From: Podarcis filfolensis
Taxonomy: Eukaryota
Length of the DNA stretch: 64,000 nucleotides
Assembly (NCBI GenBank): GCA_964270895.1
Contig: OZ185437.1
Reading direction: 5' to 3' (one strand)
The stretch's first letter is position 1; every line of letters begins with the position of its first letter. Both the position numbers and the translations under genes were made by a program. Below, in pieces: positions 48,752 through 60,664 of this stretch. A model generated the notes under the pieces. It saw only the letters and a program-made list of their open reading frames with translations. It was not told where the DNA came from and did no database searches.

Positions 48752-51700
48752 AGTGCGAGAGAAGCAAATGGTTTCTGTGGCTTTGAAATTGGAGCAGAGA
48801 AGGAGCATATTGGGACCAGTGGTGAGCATAATGGCAGATGTGAAATTGTATGTGTCTAGGAGAGAAGAATGTGAGGGTGGAAGGGACTGGCTTTCTTGCT
48901 AGGCATATCCTAGAGGGAGTTTACTATTGGTAACGCTGAATATCCATGGAGGCAGGGTGATGAATCTTCCTGGTGTAGAAGGCATAACCAGGTAGTCGAG
49001 TATAGTATTTCCAGATTCTGAGGACTCGGAATGATGTATAGTGGCCCAGGCCTGTTACTGAAAGAGTGTATTTGTAACCACTGGAAACTGCACACACATG
49101 TGTGGCGGCAGCAATAGTAGTGGTGATTGCATCACTTATTTCCTGTTTTGCACTACTTTTGTATATAAAATCTTAAGAATTCCCTTTGCATGCTCCTAGA
49201 TCCTCAGGTGTCTTATATTTTTTCCAGTACACAAGGATGTACATTCATTAAACCTTTTTTTTTATGAGCAAAGTGAACAGTTATTGCTCTCCTTTAAGTA
49301 AAGATGCTTACCTTTCCATATTACATTGAACTGGTCTACATGAGGCTGCAATTGTGCCCCTTAAGAACTATTTATACTCAGTTGCAGAGGATGGGACCAG
49401 TTAATGTACACCCTTATTTCAATGGAAAGATAAAAGGGTCTCATTGTTGTACATGCATTGAAGATTATTTAAAACTCTTTTTTATTCAGATGTAGAGTAT
49501 ATTCTAAAACAAATAAGCAAATATAATGATAAAAAACCATAGCTTAGTGCTGTGTGCGGAGCTATGTGCTGTGGGCTCTGTGTGAATGAAATACAGAATA
49601 TTTTCAAGATTTAAAAAGTGGGGCTGATCATATCAGAACATGATACAGCACTAGGGGTCTAGGCATGTGCTGTGTGGAATATGACCTTGGAACTTGATAC
49701 TGCATGGCTGGGATTGAAAGGCTGTACCTCATCATCCGTGAGTGCATTGAGAATTTTCAGACTCCATCTTCAGCACCACAACCCAACAGCCTTATGTTGA
49801 GAAGCCTCTGGAGCAGCATTCAATGAGGCTCAGGGGGCTGCAGCATAAAGGGAAATAATGGCAGCTCCTCTTCCTTTGGAAAAGGAAACTGTGTGGTTAT
49901 ATTCAAAAGCATATTCGCCTTGTTTTTAACATAATGCACTATCAAAATGTTTTGCATTTTATAATGACTTTTGCCAGAAAACATAATATTATGGAAATAA
50001 AAATGTAGTTGTAAATGGGAATAGAAAAAAATGTAGACATCAAACATAAAAATGTGTCCCTGTGTTTTTTACAATAGTTATTAAAATTAGTGAAAAGAAC
50101 CCCCTGTTCCAAGGGAGTGGGGAAACAGCCCTCATTCTCATAAAGGCTTGTCTGTAGACAAAGGAACTGGCACTGATAAAATCCTTTGAGGGATAGAATC
50201 TTTCTGAAGATCAAATTAAAGGAAACTCTTGATGGGACAATGAGTGCAGGTTCAAGTGTATACACAAGAGATGAAGGAAAGCATTTGATCTTTTAAGAAC
50301 CAATATAGAAAGTTGTAGAAGGAAATACTTTTTTTAATTGAATACAGGCTTTTACAAAGAAGGGGGATTGAGATCTCTTCCGCCATGAAAGTGGAATGAA
50401 TATGATATTGAAGAGATAAGCAAATTGGATATTCAAAGTATACCAACATTTCAAATTATGTCACAAGTGTATCTGCAGCATTTTCTTTCCATTTACAGTG
50501 AAGTTGACATTGTCCTTTAACAATCTACCAGTAATCCTTTAAGCACCATGGTTTACATTTTTAAAACCACATGTAATTCTAGAACAGAACAGAATTTAAA
50601 TGTTGCATGAATTGAAATTGAGTCAATTTTTCGAAACATGAGACTGTGGTTTTTAGAAGTTTTATTTCTGAGATTGGTATACAAAGTTCTAAACCTCTGA
50701 ATATGTGTCAGTTATTAGAAGATACATTTTTTAAAAGTGTGTTTTCCTGAAGTTTGACCTACTTGGAAATAAAATATTTAGTAGCTGCCATTTTGTGTGT
50801 GTGTTGTAATTTTACTTTCATGTGTTTTAGAGTCTTCTAAGCTTCCTTGTAAAGGCAGCATCTGGGCTAAAAATTGTATTAAAAAATAAAATAAAGAACT
50901 TTAAAAACTCACAATAAGAAAAAATAAAACACAGAAATATCAAAGATACACAATGCCCAAACTGCAGCAACCTCAACACAACATTAAAATAAATGAATCC
51001 AAAGTCAAAAATTTCATAGTCCATATGTTTCAAAATAGAGTTCACATATAAACTGCAGATCTACTTAAATATTTGTTTTCTATCAAAATTTACTTCCGCG
51101 CTTATACTTTCTGTGTCACATGCCTAACCCCAAACAGTCATGCCACAGTTTTGCCCTGGCACTTCCAAGCAACCAAAGGCAAAAGTGAGACCTGCACACC
51201 TAAATTAGATTTGTGGGGAAATGGTTCATGTACATTTTATGCAATCACTGTTATTTCACATTGATTTTACCACAAGCAGCCATTTGTTTCTAGAGCTGCT
51301 TGTGAAACAATGCAACCCGACCAGTGCACAGACTGAGATTACCCTATTCCTCAGATCACTGATAAATGCAAAGCTTTTTGATCAAGTGGTCTATAAATAT
51401 CCTAAATAAACAAATAAAATATCAGGTGAACCACTTTCAAGATAGTCTCTTTGCAGATCGTTTTGGCCCTGATTGCTTCAATGGCTTGATTTCATCTGCT
51501 GTATGTTGAGCAGATTGCAACCTAGCTTGCTATTCTGATTATTTAACAAGCATTGTTCCAGTTAATATCAAGAATACAGTGGCATTTTATTGAAAGTTGT
51601 ACCTGTTCTTGGCTGGCTTTAAGAATGATTGAGACTCTTTAATCGAGTTGTGTGAAATACGCCTGCAGCCTCAACATTTATATCCCTGACAATAGCCATT

Positions 51701-52863
51701 TGTTTCTGCTTCACTGACTCCCAAAAATGGCAGTTTGAAAGAGAACATCTAATCCTAAAGCAGCCATAACTGCCTCAACTCTAATCCTAAACACTTTGTT
51801 AATAGTAACTTCTACTGAATTTAACACTACAAATTATATGATCCAGTTGCCATTTCTATAGTTGAAAATTTCCAGGCAATTAAAAAAACCAGGTACTATT
51901 TTTTCCCTGAAGGATAATATACACCGACCAATTTTACATAAAATTTTTGAGTTGGTCTAGCAAAACTTAATGAAAAGGAGGATATAAATTGCTTTTATTG
52001 TTTGGGGGCGATTTAAAACTAGAGAGGAACATAGTGTATAATTATGAACTGTTTTTCCGTAAATTAACTAACCAAAGAAGAGCAACAGATACTTGGCATA
52101 TTTATTGGGACTGGCTTTTATCAGACGCATAGCTAGGTGAAAACAGTACTGCTTTCCTGAAGGAAACTGCAAACTCATCTAATGAAGGGTAGCTGTTTGG
52201 AGCAGGCAGAATGTTTTTCTAGATATCTATTGATCTTCAGATTGTAGTTGCTGCTGTGATTTATTTGTATGACGGTGTTTCAAATACTTTTTTAAATAGC
52301 CTTAGGCTTCCGATACACTTGACATATTTTTAGAATTGCAGTCATATCAATATAAAATGCACATCTTTTCTTTTCTGGGAGTTGATAATGCTATACCTAC
52401 TTTCCTAAAATACATAGGCATTTTAATTTACTACATCTCTCATACACCTTCCTATTGCTGAGGGCTTGTTTTTCCAGCCAGAACTCAACAGAACTCAGTT
52501 ATGGCACCTCTCAGGTGGGTGCCATTGCTATTATAAGAAAACAAAGGATGTGTTCATGGTGAGTTTTGGCAGATCTTTTTCTAGAAAAATAGCACTGCTA
52601 TTGCTGCTTGTGGCGGCCACCCTATCCAAGCTGTCATACAACCATTTTTCTTTACTTTCATAGTCTTTCAGGGGAAAACCTCTTACAATCCTTATTTATT
52701 ATGTCTCATTCTGAAAATTTCTGTATTAGAAATGCAACAGTGCTGCTTTGGAGAAAGCTGCTACAGAAGATTCCTATTTACAATATACATCTCCTATTGA
52801 ACAGGGGTATTCAACATGGTTCCTACATATGCTGTTCCTCTACGTCATCTTCCTTGACTTATA

Positions 52864-53239
52864 GGAAGCAAGTGGCGCTGTGGTCTAAACCACTGAGCTT
52901 CTTGGGCTTGCCGATCAAAAGGTCAGTGGTTAGAATCCATGTGATGGGGTGAGCTCCTATTGCTCTTTCCCAGCTTCTGCCAACCTAGCAGTTCGAAAGC
53001 ATACCAATGTGAGTAGATAAATAGGTACTGCAGTGGGGGGAAGGTAAACGGCATTTCCGTGCACTCTAGCACTTGTCACGGTGTCCCATTGCACCAGAAG
53101 TGGTTTAGTCATGCTGGCCACATGATCCAGAAAAGTTGTCTGTGGACAAACGCCGGCTCCCTCGACCTGAAACAATATCCCATAGTCACCTTTGACTGGA
53201 CTTAACCATCCAAGGGTCCTTTACCTTTTACTTTTTACC
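52864..53239 (+). mobile_element. Sauria SINE, copy 3 (more diverged, internal deletion near the 3' end)
   Basis: GTGGCGCTGTGGTCTAAACCACTGAG head, GCCAACCTAGCAGTTCGAAAGCA body and CCTTTACCTTTTAC tail. No clean TSD. Confidence 0.9.
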
Positions 53240-55084
53240 ATCCCTGACCATTGACCGTGCTATCTATGGATGATGGGAGTTGTAGTCCACAATATCAGGA
53301 AAACACCACATTAGCTGCCCAAGCTGTGGAACTCAGGTAGCTGTGGAATCTAGTAAAAGCTGTTTGCTATTAAACAAGTTGGAAAGTTGAATTTGACACA
53401 TTTTTCTGTTGCTGAAGTTCTCAAATTTTGTTCTATTGAGCCTCGTCAAGTCAGGTGAGGAAGAAAATTTGACTAAAATTGATTAAAATAAAAGATAATA
53501 AAGCAATGTGCTAGCTGACATATATAGTGCTGTCAAGCTTTCTGAATACTGCTGTCCCAAGACATTCTGCAGCCTCAAGCAGAGATGCAAGTGCCCTCTC
53601 CACCTAGCCAATGCTTTAAAAGTCTTATTTGCACCCTGCAGAAACCAGCTTAAGCTTTTATCTACTCCCCTCTGCCTGCCCCCAACTTCAAAAATGTCAC
53701 TTCACCTTGCTGCATGTCAGGACCAGACCTGATTATGAAAAAAAGAGGCTATAAACATAATTGTTTGCCCTAAACGCTTAGGAAGGGCTTTTCTAACTGC
53801 CTACACAATGTGTTCTGGATGGAATTGAGTCATAGATAAATTCTACACAAGTTTGGGTCTTGAATAAGCTTTGCCAAATGCAAGTCTTGCAGCTGAAACT
53901 TTTTTGTTATGATCCTTTGTGTGAAGTAGATCTCATTACAAGGCAGTGGGGAGGGGAACAACTTCATGGTGAAAAGAAGAAGAAGAAGAAAAATCATTTG
54001 AGTCCATCGTAAGATTTAAATGTGTGTTTTATTATGATGTGCAGATTTTTAGATGTTGATAGCTTCCCCATGGATTTACATTAAAATTCAAATCTCTGTC
54101 TAAAATTCAGTAGCTTCGTAATACACTGCACAACAGTTCTATAAGCAGCTTTTAAAAATTAATTTTATGTATGATTTTGTGCTGCAAGAAGTATAAAGCA
54201 AGCACTTGCTGACCTTTAATATTTAATCTTCTGGTTGCACATCATCATATTTTCTTCTTAGTACTTTTCTTTTTTTAGCTCCAGTACCAGAGGGATTCGG
54301 AAGGAAAATGAAAATTACCCCTTTACTGAAATTCATCAAAGATGCCTCCTCCATATTGTCATTCTAAAAAAGGACATTAAACAATATGATGAATCCACTG
54401 AGAGTATGTTTCCTTAGCTTTACAATGGAGGATTTCTAAATTGCTATAGAAGAAAACAATGTACAGTGGTAATGGGCTACCTACATGCCTGATCAGTGAT
54501 GCAGCACACATAACACAGTAGCAGAATAGGATTGATTTGGAAATGTCAGTCTTTTGTGAGAGACGGGGCTTATAGAAAGGGAGAAAGAAATCAAGAAAAT
54601 ATTGAATGCCTCATCCTAAAATTGTATTAATTAGGATTGATGCAGGATACTATGAAATGGTTCTTAGCTGCAAGAAATAACAAGGAAGATTTTCCAAAAA
54701 AGCAAGGAAGATTTTCATTTGAGCTGGCTCCTACACTGCTTATGGCCTCACTAATTCCTCACCACACCCACCCTAGTACAGTTGTGTACCACATGCAAAA
54801 GACCGGAAAATCCAACCTGCCATTGTTTTGTGATTTTATTCATTGCATTTAAATTATTTACACCTTGCCCTTCAGAAGATAGCTTCAATATGGCTTGCAA
54901 TAAGGAGGCTAGAAATGTCATAAGATTTACAAAACAATAAAAACAGAATAAATATCTATATAATGATGAACACATATAAATATGAATACATATAAAAGCC
55001 AGTGGGCATGACAAGGAAAACATGAACATAAGTAAAATTTGGAGATGGCAATTAAATAGAACCATTCCCATGATAAATAGAAGA

Positions 55085-55235
55085 TCATAAGAACCTATTG
55101 GAATAGTCCAGTGGCTCATCTAGTCTAGTGTACTGTTTTCACAGTGGCCAACCAGACGTCTATAGAGAGTCTGAAAGTAGGACCTGGAAGAGCTATCCCC
55201 TCCTGTGGTTTCCAGCAAGTGGTATTCAGAAACTA
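55085..55235 (-). mobile_element. Degraded CR1-like LINE 3' end
   Basis: CATAAGAA...CAGTGGCTCATCTAGTC...TCACAGTGGCCAACCAGA...CCCCTCCTGTGGTTTCCAGCAA.TGGTATTCAGA matches a common reptile LINE 3' end in reverse orientation (recalled). Confidence 0.6.
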
Positions 55236-55426
55236 TGAAAAAATGGAAACTATGACTGATAGTCAAGTTCCCAAAGCAATTGAACTGGTGATCTAAACTA
55301 TATGGCCAAGTGTGAACTCTATCCACTGACCATTGTAGATCTCATGTGTCAAAATCACAAGATTTCTTTTGGCATAAGGTACATTCTGAGGAAACAACCC
55401 TTATTGCTGATGGTCACACCTAAATA

Positions 55427-55651
55427 CAGTGGTACCTCAAGTTAAGTACTTAATTCATTCCGGAGGTCCGTTCTTAACCTGAAGCACCACTTTAGCTAAT
55501 GGGGCCTTCTGCTGCTGCTGCGCTGCTGGAGCACAATTTCTGTTCTCATCCTGAAGCAAAGTTCTTAACCCGAGGTACTATTTCTGGGTTAGTGGAGTCT
55601 GTAACCTGAAGCGTATGTAACCTGACGGCTATGTAACCCAAGGTACCACTG
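55427..55651 (+). mobile_element. Tc1/mariner MITE, copy D
   Basis: TA|CAGTGGTACCTCAAGTTAAG...GTAACCCAAGGTACCACTG|TA. It lacks one internal AACTGTTCTTAACCTGA repeat relative to copy C. Confidence 0.92.
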
Positions 55652-58619
55652 TAAACCATTGCTGATCCCTTTTTATTCGCTTCGATGCCATTGAAATGTG
55701 AGACAAAAGTACAAATATGAAGAAAACCGAGGCTGTAAAACTGATATGTGAAACATATTATCAAATCCTCTACACAGATACAGCACTGATACACTATATC
55801 AAATGCAGCCTGCAGGCTGTCCCTTCCCTTTTTACCACAACTTCAGTTTATCCAAACTGTGGTTAGTTTCAACTACAATTTACTCAAGCGTGCCAACTTC
55901 AAACCTTTGTTTATGATGTAGGCTTGCTTCAATAAACAATGGTTAATCAGAACTTTGTGCTTAAAATAACTGCCATGGAAATGTGTTGATTATTCTTAGA
56001 ATTTGTAGAAATGACATTACAAAATACAGTTTATGACAGATTTGCCTTGGCAGCATGCCTTCCAAGAAAAGCCCTCTATTTTAGCTAAGAAAGGAACAGT
56101 GTGTAATCCTGGTGGAATAAAAAGAGAAATGGCTAGAGTGGTAAAACAACATCAGTTTCCAAATTACATATTCATGACTTTCACAAAACTCAAATTTAAA
56201 GTACCTTTCCAACTGACTTATGGGAGACTGATCATATTTAGTCTGGTTTTGAAATTGTATTAGAACTTTTCTACAGAAGCACGTTCAGTTTGCAAGGCTG
56301 GTATCAGAACAGTTGGAATTTATTCCATTTCATTTAACTTTATCAGCTAAGGATTATCCATCCAAAAAACGTATTTGGATGATAAAGCATTTTGTTCTAT
56401 TTGTTATCTGAAATAATGTAGAATTCCAGTCAGGTATTACTATCTTTGGAACACTGGAAGCATAGAAGCTCTGCTGAGCCATCTGTTATGCTCTTTAAAA
56501 TGTTCAGGGGAGAGTTTTCCCCCAAAACTTTTTTCCTTTAGGAAACATTTCCCACATTACCCTGCCTGCTATAGAATCCCTAAGCCTCTTTTCCGGAACC
56601 ACAATGGATAGCTGTCTGCAATCATTAACGGACCCATAGTTAATTCTGTAGTTACATGCTTCTGGAGGTGAAGCTACATCCCTTGAGTCTGAAGGTGAAG
56701 GGAAAGCCATATGCTCAGGCCAGGTTGGAGGGAGGGTTAGGTAAAAGTAGAAGGGAGTGCTCTGCAGGTAGCACTGGGCCATGGATGCTAAGAACATGAA
56801 AAGCTTTTCTCATGCTTCTTTCCTCCTGCGACTCTCTTCCCAACTTCTCTCGCAACATGTGTGTTTCCTGTCCCTGTATCTACCACCAACCATTTAGTTT
56901 GGCCCCAGCTTCCATTGAAATCTTACCTTGGACTTGATTATTCTGCACATATTTACAGTCACTGCAACATTCATTGATGTTATTTGCAAGATCTACATTC
57001 TCAAGCAAATCAAAAGCAATTGTCTGTTATATACTCATAACATAAATGTATTGTTTGTTTTTCAAGAGCTGCAATAAAAATAGCTGTATTACTGAGCAGT
57101 AAATAATTTGATGTGGAAAAATTTAGTTAGCTTCCTTACAGATGATGGTGGCTTGTAAATTAAACCTTATGTATTAAACAATGATGTAGATCAAATTTTC
57201 ATAGTATTTTTTAAGGGGGAGGGGAAGATTTTACATATTATAGTTTTCAATAGAAATGCTTGTAAAGACATTTAATATTATATGTTCTAGTTTTCTGGTT
57301 TCTGTGGTACTTTTTCATTATATTTGTTTGCTTTGATCTGTTGGGGTACTTAGCTTTATGTACAGTTGTTGGGCATAATCTACCACTATTGGGTGCAATC
57401 AAACACCATTAAATTCAATGAGAGCTATGCTATTGACTTCAATCAAATGTTTGATTTCTCTCACTGTAATCACTAGTGAATGATCTGACTTGTGTGACTC
57501 ATTCTCATAACAGAGCATTATTGATTTTTGTCTGTGGGACTTTTCTCTCCTGAATGTAAAGACACATTTTTCTTTCTCTTTCTTCTTCTGGATGCCTTTT
57601 CTCCAGCAATCAATACACTTTACTAAATTTATAGAGTGTTTTGTTAAAAATAATTAGTCAGAACAAAATGAAGTTCTGCCTTTTTTACTCAGATTGTATT
57701 ATCTTTTTGGGAAAACATAAATATTCAATAACTTAACTAGCATATCTTATATGATTCACTCTGTATAAGAAACACAAATGTTTATGTTGTTAGGATGAAT
57801 GAGAGAAGACAGAAACTCTTCGTGGAGGAATTTGGCATTTTTTTCATTCATTGAGATTCATTCTTAGCAAGAGGATTACAACCATGAGAACTTGTGTTGG
57901 CCTGCATCAATGGTAGAAATTTTCACAGTTTAACATGATGGTGGGTGTGCAAAGTTAGCATTCACTGGGGCTCCCAGTTTGCAGCAATCAAAATTTGTTT
58001 GGGACATTAAGGGTGGTAGTAAGGTATAGAAACCAGGAGCAAAGTTTTGCACAAAGCAACAAGTATCTCTTTCCAACAGCAGCCAACCGGACTTGTCTCT
58101 CGTATTCTGAATTAAAGACTCCATGTACCTATCATAGCTAAGAGCTATTGATAGAAATCCCCATAAATTGAACTAAACCTTTCTGTAGAATTTATTAATT
58201 AATTAAATTGATCTTCTGTATCAAAAGAACATACAAAATGCATCAAACATAAGCAATAAGATTTTAATAAAAATCCCAATCACTGTGATTTGAGTATCCT
58301 GGAAAAATAATTTACTGTGACTAAAATTTACTGTGTCTTTAAGCTGCCACAAAGACTATTGTTTTTGCTGAAATAAATAAATAAAAGAAAAAAGAATATT
58401 AGACTGTTTATTGCTATCAGGTCATTTTACTCTCCTTCAAATCTTTCCATAAAATATTATATTAAACTTATTATCACTATTATATTTAATACATGTAAAA
58501 ATGTAACAGCATGCACTTCCCTTACAAAGTTTGTTTATGGTGGGGAGGGGAGAGACAACATACTGAAAACTGTTGGCACACTAGCCTTTCATGATATGCT
58601 ATGGTTGTCCACCCATCTA

Positions 58620-59037
58620 CCGTATTTTTCGCCCCATAGGACGCACCTAGATTTGGGGGGGGGATAAAGAAAAAAAATTATTTCCCCCCCCAGGCGCAGG
58701 GCTGGCACGGGGGAAGCCCAAGCTTCCCCCGACCCCAGCCCCCAGAACAGGCTGCGGACATCTGCCTGAAGCACGGGGCGTGCTCCGCAGTGCGCCCCAT
58801 GCTTCGGGCTTCAGGCTGCCGCCCACAAGCCTTGCACGCCTGGTGGGACCTCCCGCCGGGTGCGCAAGGCTTGCGGATAGCTTCCTGAAGCCTGGAGAGC
58901 GAGAGGGGTCGGTGCGCACCGACGCATCTCGCTCTCCAGGCTTCAGCGAAAGCCTTCATTCGCCCCATAAGACGCACACACATTTCCCCTTCATTTTTGG
59001 AGGGGGAAAAGTGTGTCCTATGGGGCGAAAAATACGG
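58620..59037. mobile_element. Tc1/mariner superfamily (pogo/Tc2-like CCGTA termini) MITE, 418 bp
   Basis: 27-bp TIRs CCGTATTTTTCGCCCCATAGGAC(G/A)CAC (26/27), a TA TSD (58618-58619, 59038-59039), a GC/CpG-rich interior, and an internal copy of the TIR core at 58959-58977. Confidence 0.95.
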
Positions 59038-59532
59038 TACTTTAGCAGAGTTTAATTCATTTCTGCTAAGGCAGCTGCTTGCAGGAATATTGAGGGGTTG
59101 TGGAGATAATGTTTGATAAAGGATTTCCTTGCATATCACTCCATCCATCTGACATATTCTCTATCCAAGGGGGAATATGGGAAGAAGTAACAGTAACTTA
59201 GATGAGATGTAAATTAGATTCCAATGTCCCTTGAAGTATTGATTTACGCTTATGGAAAGAGATGTGCCAATTGCAAGTATAGCTCAAGCAAATGTTTCAC
59301 CTGCTTTTTCCTGATATTTTAAAAATTTTGCCAACAAAAAAACCCAACTCATTAGGAAATATTGGTGACTGAACTTGGAAAATCCTGCATGCAGAACAAC
59401 TGCTCTACCCACTGGTATTTATTTACTTATAGGATTCCTGAAGCAGATTTTTCTCAAATGGTGTTGTTCCACCACTTAGTGGAACAATAATGTATAATGT
59501 ATGACATTGTTACCATGGGGTAACATTACAAT

Positions 59533-59580
59533 AATTTAACGCTTGATGATGACTTCCTATTTCCATCTTCCCTTCACAGA
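59533..59580 (+). promoter_or_regulatory. FUT9: 3' splice site of the FUT9 coding exon (branch point, polypyrimidine tract, CAG)
   Basis: TTTAAC branch-like motif at 59535-59540, then ACTTCCTATTTCCATCTTCCCTTCACAG|ATCAAATTATG. AG is at 59578-59579 and the exon starts at 59580, 8 nt before the ATG, consistent with the known FUT9 layout of a non-coding 5' part plus one coding exon. Confidence 0.9.
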
Positions 59581-59587
59581 TCAAATT

Positions 59588-60664
59588 ATGACATCATCAC
59601 CCAAAGGAATTTTCCGGCCATTTCTATTTATCTTCATCGTGCTGGGATGCTTCATGGCATGTCTGCTTATTTATATCAAACCGACAAACAGCTGGATATC
59701 TGGTCCTATTGAATCAGCCAGCTCTGTTCTAAAAATGAAGAACTTCTTCTCCACCAAAAATGATTATATCAATGAGACAACTATTCTGATATGGGTATGG
59801 CCGTTTGGCCAGACATTTGATCTGAAATTCTGCCCAACATTTAACATCCACGGGTGCCATCTGACTACAGACCGCATGCTATATAACCAGTCTCATGCCG
59901 TTCTTATTCACCACAGAGATATCAGTTGGGATCTGACTAATTTACCTCAGCAACCTAGGCCGCCATTTCAAAAATGGATCTGGATGAACTTGGAATCACC
60001 AACACACACTCCACAAAAGAGTGGCATTGAGCATCTATTCAATTTGACCCTCACTTATCGTCGAGATTCAGACATTCAAGTGCCTTATGGCTTTATGGTA
60101 GTTAGCACAAGCTCCTTTCCATTTGAAATGCCGAATAAAGAAAGACTGGTGTGTTGGGTGGTGAGTAACTGGAACCCAGAGCATGCTAGGGTCAAATATT
60201 ATAATGAACTAAGTAAATACCTTGAGATCCATACCTATGGACAAGCATTTGGAGACTATGTGAGTGATAAAAATTTGATCCCAACCATCTCCGCTTGTAA
60301 ATTTTACCTTTCCTTTGAGAATTCTATCCACAGAGACTATATCACAGAGAAGCTTTACAATGCTTTTCTTGCTGGATCTGTGCCAGTCGTTCTAGGTCCT
60401 CCTCGAGAAAACTATGAGAATTACATCCCTGCTAGTTCTTTCATTCATGTGGAGGATTTTCTCTCTCCAAGGGACCTCTCAGAGTATCTTCTTTTGCTCG
60501 ACAAAAATGATAAACTGTATGTTAGCTACTTCGACTGGAGGAAGGATTTTTCAGTGCACCTTCCTCGATTTTGGGAATCACATGCATGCCTTGCCTGTGA
60601 CCATGTAAAAAGACACCAGGAATACAGGTCGGTTGGCAATTTAGAAAAATGGTTTTGGAATTAA
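59588..60664 (+). CDS. FUT9: Alpha-(1,3)-fucosyltransferase 9 (GT10 family, type II Golgi membrane protein), single coding exon, 358 aa
   Basis: Uninterrupted ORF MTSSPKGIFRPFLFIFIVLGCFMACLLIYIKPTNSW...EKWFWN*. It has a short cytosolic tail and TM segment, HHRDISWDL, WIWMNLESP, VCWVVSNWNPEHARVKYYNEL and the GT10 motif FYLSFENSIHRDYITEKLYNAF, with N-glycan sequons NET, NQS and NLT. It closely matches vertebrate FUT9 as I recall it. The start is placed at ATG 59588, not the ORF-track start at 59543, because a splice acceptor lies at 59578-59579. Confidence 0.98.
   Translation: MTSSPKGIFRPFLFIFIVLGCFMACLLIYIKPTNSWISGPIESASSVLKMKNFFSTKNDYINETTILIWVWPFGQTFDLKFCPTFNIHGCHLTTDRMLYNQSHAVLIHHRDISWDLTNLPQQPRPPFQKWIWMNLESPTHTPQKSGIEHLFNLTLTYRRDSDIQVPYGFMVVSTSSFPFEMPNKERLVCWVVSNWNPEHARVKYYNELSKYLEIHTYGQAFGDYVSDKNLIPTISACKFYLSFENSIHRDYITEKLYNAFLAGSVPVVLGPPRENYENYIPASSFIHVEDFLSPRDLSEYLLLLDKNDKLYVSYFDWRKDFSVHLPRFWESHACLACDHVKRHQEYRSVGNLEKWFWN

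Noticed and set aside
49769-49791. TTCAGCACCAC RE1 left half-site; similar partial matches at ~5993 and ~16477
   Set aside because: The right half GGACAG is missing or wrongly spaced, and half-sites alone are common by chance.
7312-58660. Recurrent G/C homopolymers of about 9-13 nt scattered across the window
   Set aside because: No periodicity or shared flanks. They are consistent with ordinary slippage tracts.
59543-59587. ORF-track N-terminus MMMTSYFHLPFTDQI as the true FUT9 start (373 aa)
   Set aside because: These codons overlap the branch point, polypyrimidine tract and AG acceptor, so they are intronic in a spliced transcript. Homology begins at MTSS (59588).
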